Shown piece after piece: positions 62,980 to 64,000 of a DNA stretch of 64,000 bases (its first letter is position 1; each line of letters starts with the position of its first letter). Source of the DNA: Squalus acanthias. Taxonomy: Eukaryota. The notes beneath the pieces were generated by a model. It ran no database searches, was not told the origin of the DNA, and was given only the letters and a program-made list of their open reading frames with translations. The stretch covers positions 28,768,001 to 28,832,000 of the forward strand of contig CM059443.1 in the NCBI GenBank assembly GCA_030390025.1, written 5' to 3'. The translations under genes and the position numbers were made by a program.

Positions 62980-63745
62980 AAAATTAATTGGATAAAATAT
63001 GAAAGTAAACAGATCAAATACAGATTGGCAAGAAAATATAGGTGGCATATGTACCACATGAACAGTTTGGAAATAATTAAGGATGCAGTTGCTAAGGATA
63101 AGTTGAAAGAGATCTAGGTAGTTTAGTTGACCTGATGCTCAAAGTACCATTCATGGTGGAGCAGCTATTAACAAAGCAAATAGAATGCCAAACTATATAG
63201 CCAAAACAATAGAATACAAGTCGGAGGAAGCCGTAGTCAAACTGTATAGTGCTCTGGTCAGATCATACCTCGAGGACTATCTCCAGTTCTGGTCACCTAG
63301 GCACGATGGAGACATTCAAGTCCTGGAGGCAGTTCAGAGAAGCCTAAGGTTGATCCCTAGTGTCAGAGGACTACATTATGAGAAACTTGAATTTCTCAGT
63401 TTGAAAGGAGGCAACTGAGAGATGACTGTGTAGAGGTTTATAAGATAGCAAACATTATGGAAAGTCAGATCTGGAATAGTTGCTTCAAACTAAACCATGA
63501 CAATAAGATAGGGGGACATAATGTCAAACTAATAAAAGGGAAATTTAGGTCTGATGTCAACAAGTTCTTCTACATATAAAAAGTGTCAACATATGAATGG
63601 ACTTCAAGAAGAATAGTGCAGGCAACTGCCCTAGAATCTTTTGAGATAGAGTTGGATGCCATAATAGGGGGCTGTTGAATCTTTTTGAATGGATGAGCTA
63701 AGATAAGTTGAGTGGACATCCTCATCTCTATCTATCTTGTCATCT
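62980..63745 (+). mobile_element. Old degenerate CR1 3' fragment
   Basis: IEYKSEEAVVKLYSALVRSYLEDYLQFWSP...LEAVQR. Confidence 0.75.
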
Positions 63746-64000
63746 TGCGGTTAAAAAAAATCAATCAATCAATACTTTTGTAGTTGTCATCCAGGAAAAT
63801 GTTTTGTGATTCTGATGTTTTACCTGTAGAAGCATAATTTCACTTCCACCACAGTTTGTCCACATGACTGCTATAATAATCAAATATGTCATGGCCAGCA
63901 GCCTAATATGACAAATCTCTCCACTCACAAGGCTGGGCATAATACTCTGACAATTTTACTTCTGAGGTATCCAGTCAGCATCACTTGTAGAAATATTTAT

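Noticed and set aside
63824-63892. Candidate exon 1 of the Islet-like gene (MTYLIIIAVMWTNCGGSEIMLLQ|gtaaaa)
   Set aside because: It ends in phase 0 while exon 2 needs phase 1, and it has no similarity to Islet N-termini. Exon 1 probably lies outside the window.

Overview
Eukaryotic, repeat-dense vertebrate DNA. The repeat families (HER1-like CR1 LINEs, SacSINE1-like Deu-domain SINEs, L2, RTE, Penelope) point to a shark or other elasmobranch (inference). The only host gene I can support is a spliced, minus-strand Islet-family LIM-homeobox gene. Five coding exons (61819 to 54909) were reconstructed by hand with GT-AG sites and compatible phases; exon 1 was not found. The gene has the ISL1 exon/phase architecture but is clearly diverged from ISL1/ISL2, so it may be a third Islet paralogue. 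The other ~55 kb is intergenic TE sequence: CR1, L2, RTE and Tx1 LINEs, DeuSINEs, two solo LTRs with 4-bp TSDs, a Tigger-like MITE and many PIF/Harbinger-type MITEs with 3-bp TSDs. Three Penelope fragments carry minimal hammerhead ribozymes, one in sense orientation inside an intron of the Islet-like gene. The ~800-bp Harbinger MITEs carry covarying hairpins and inward-facing splice donors. Boundaries marked approximate were set by eye; no database search was run.
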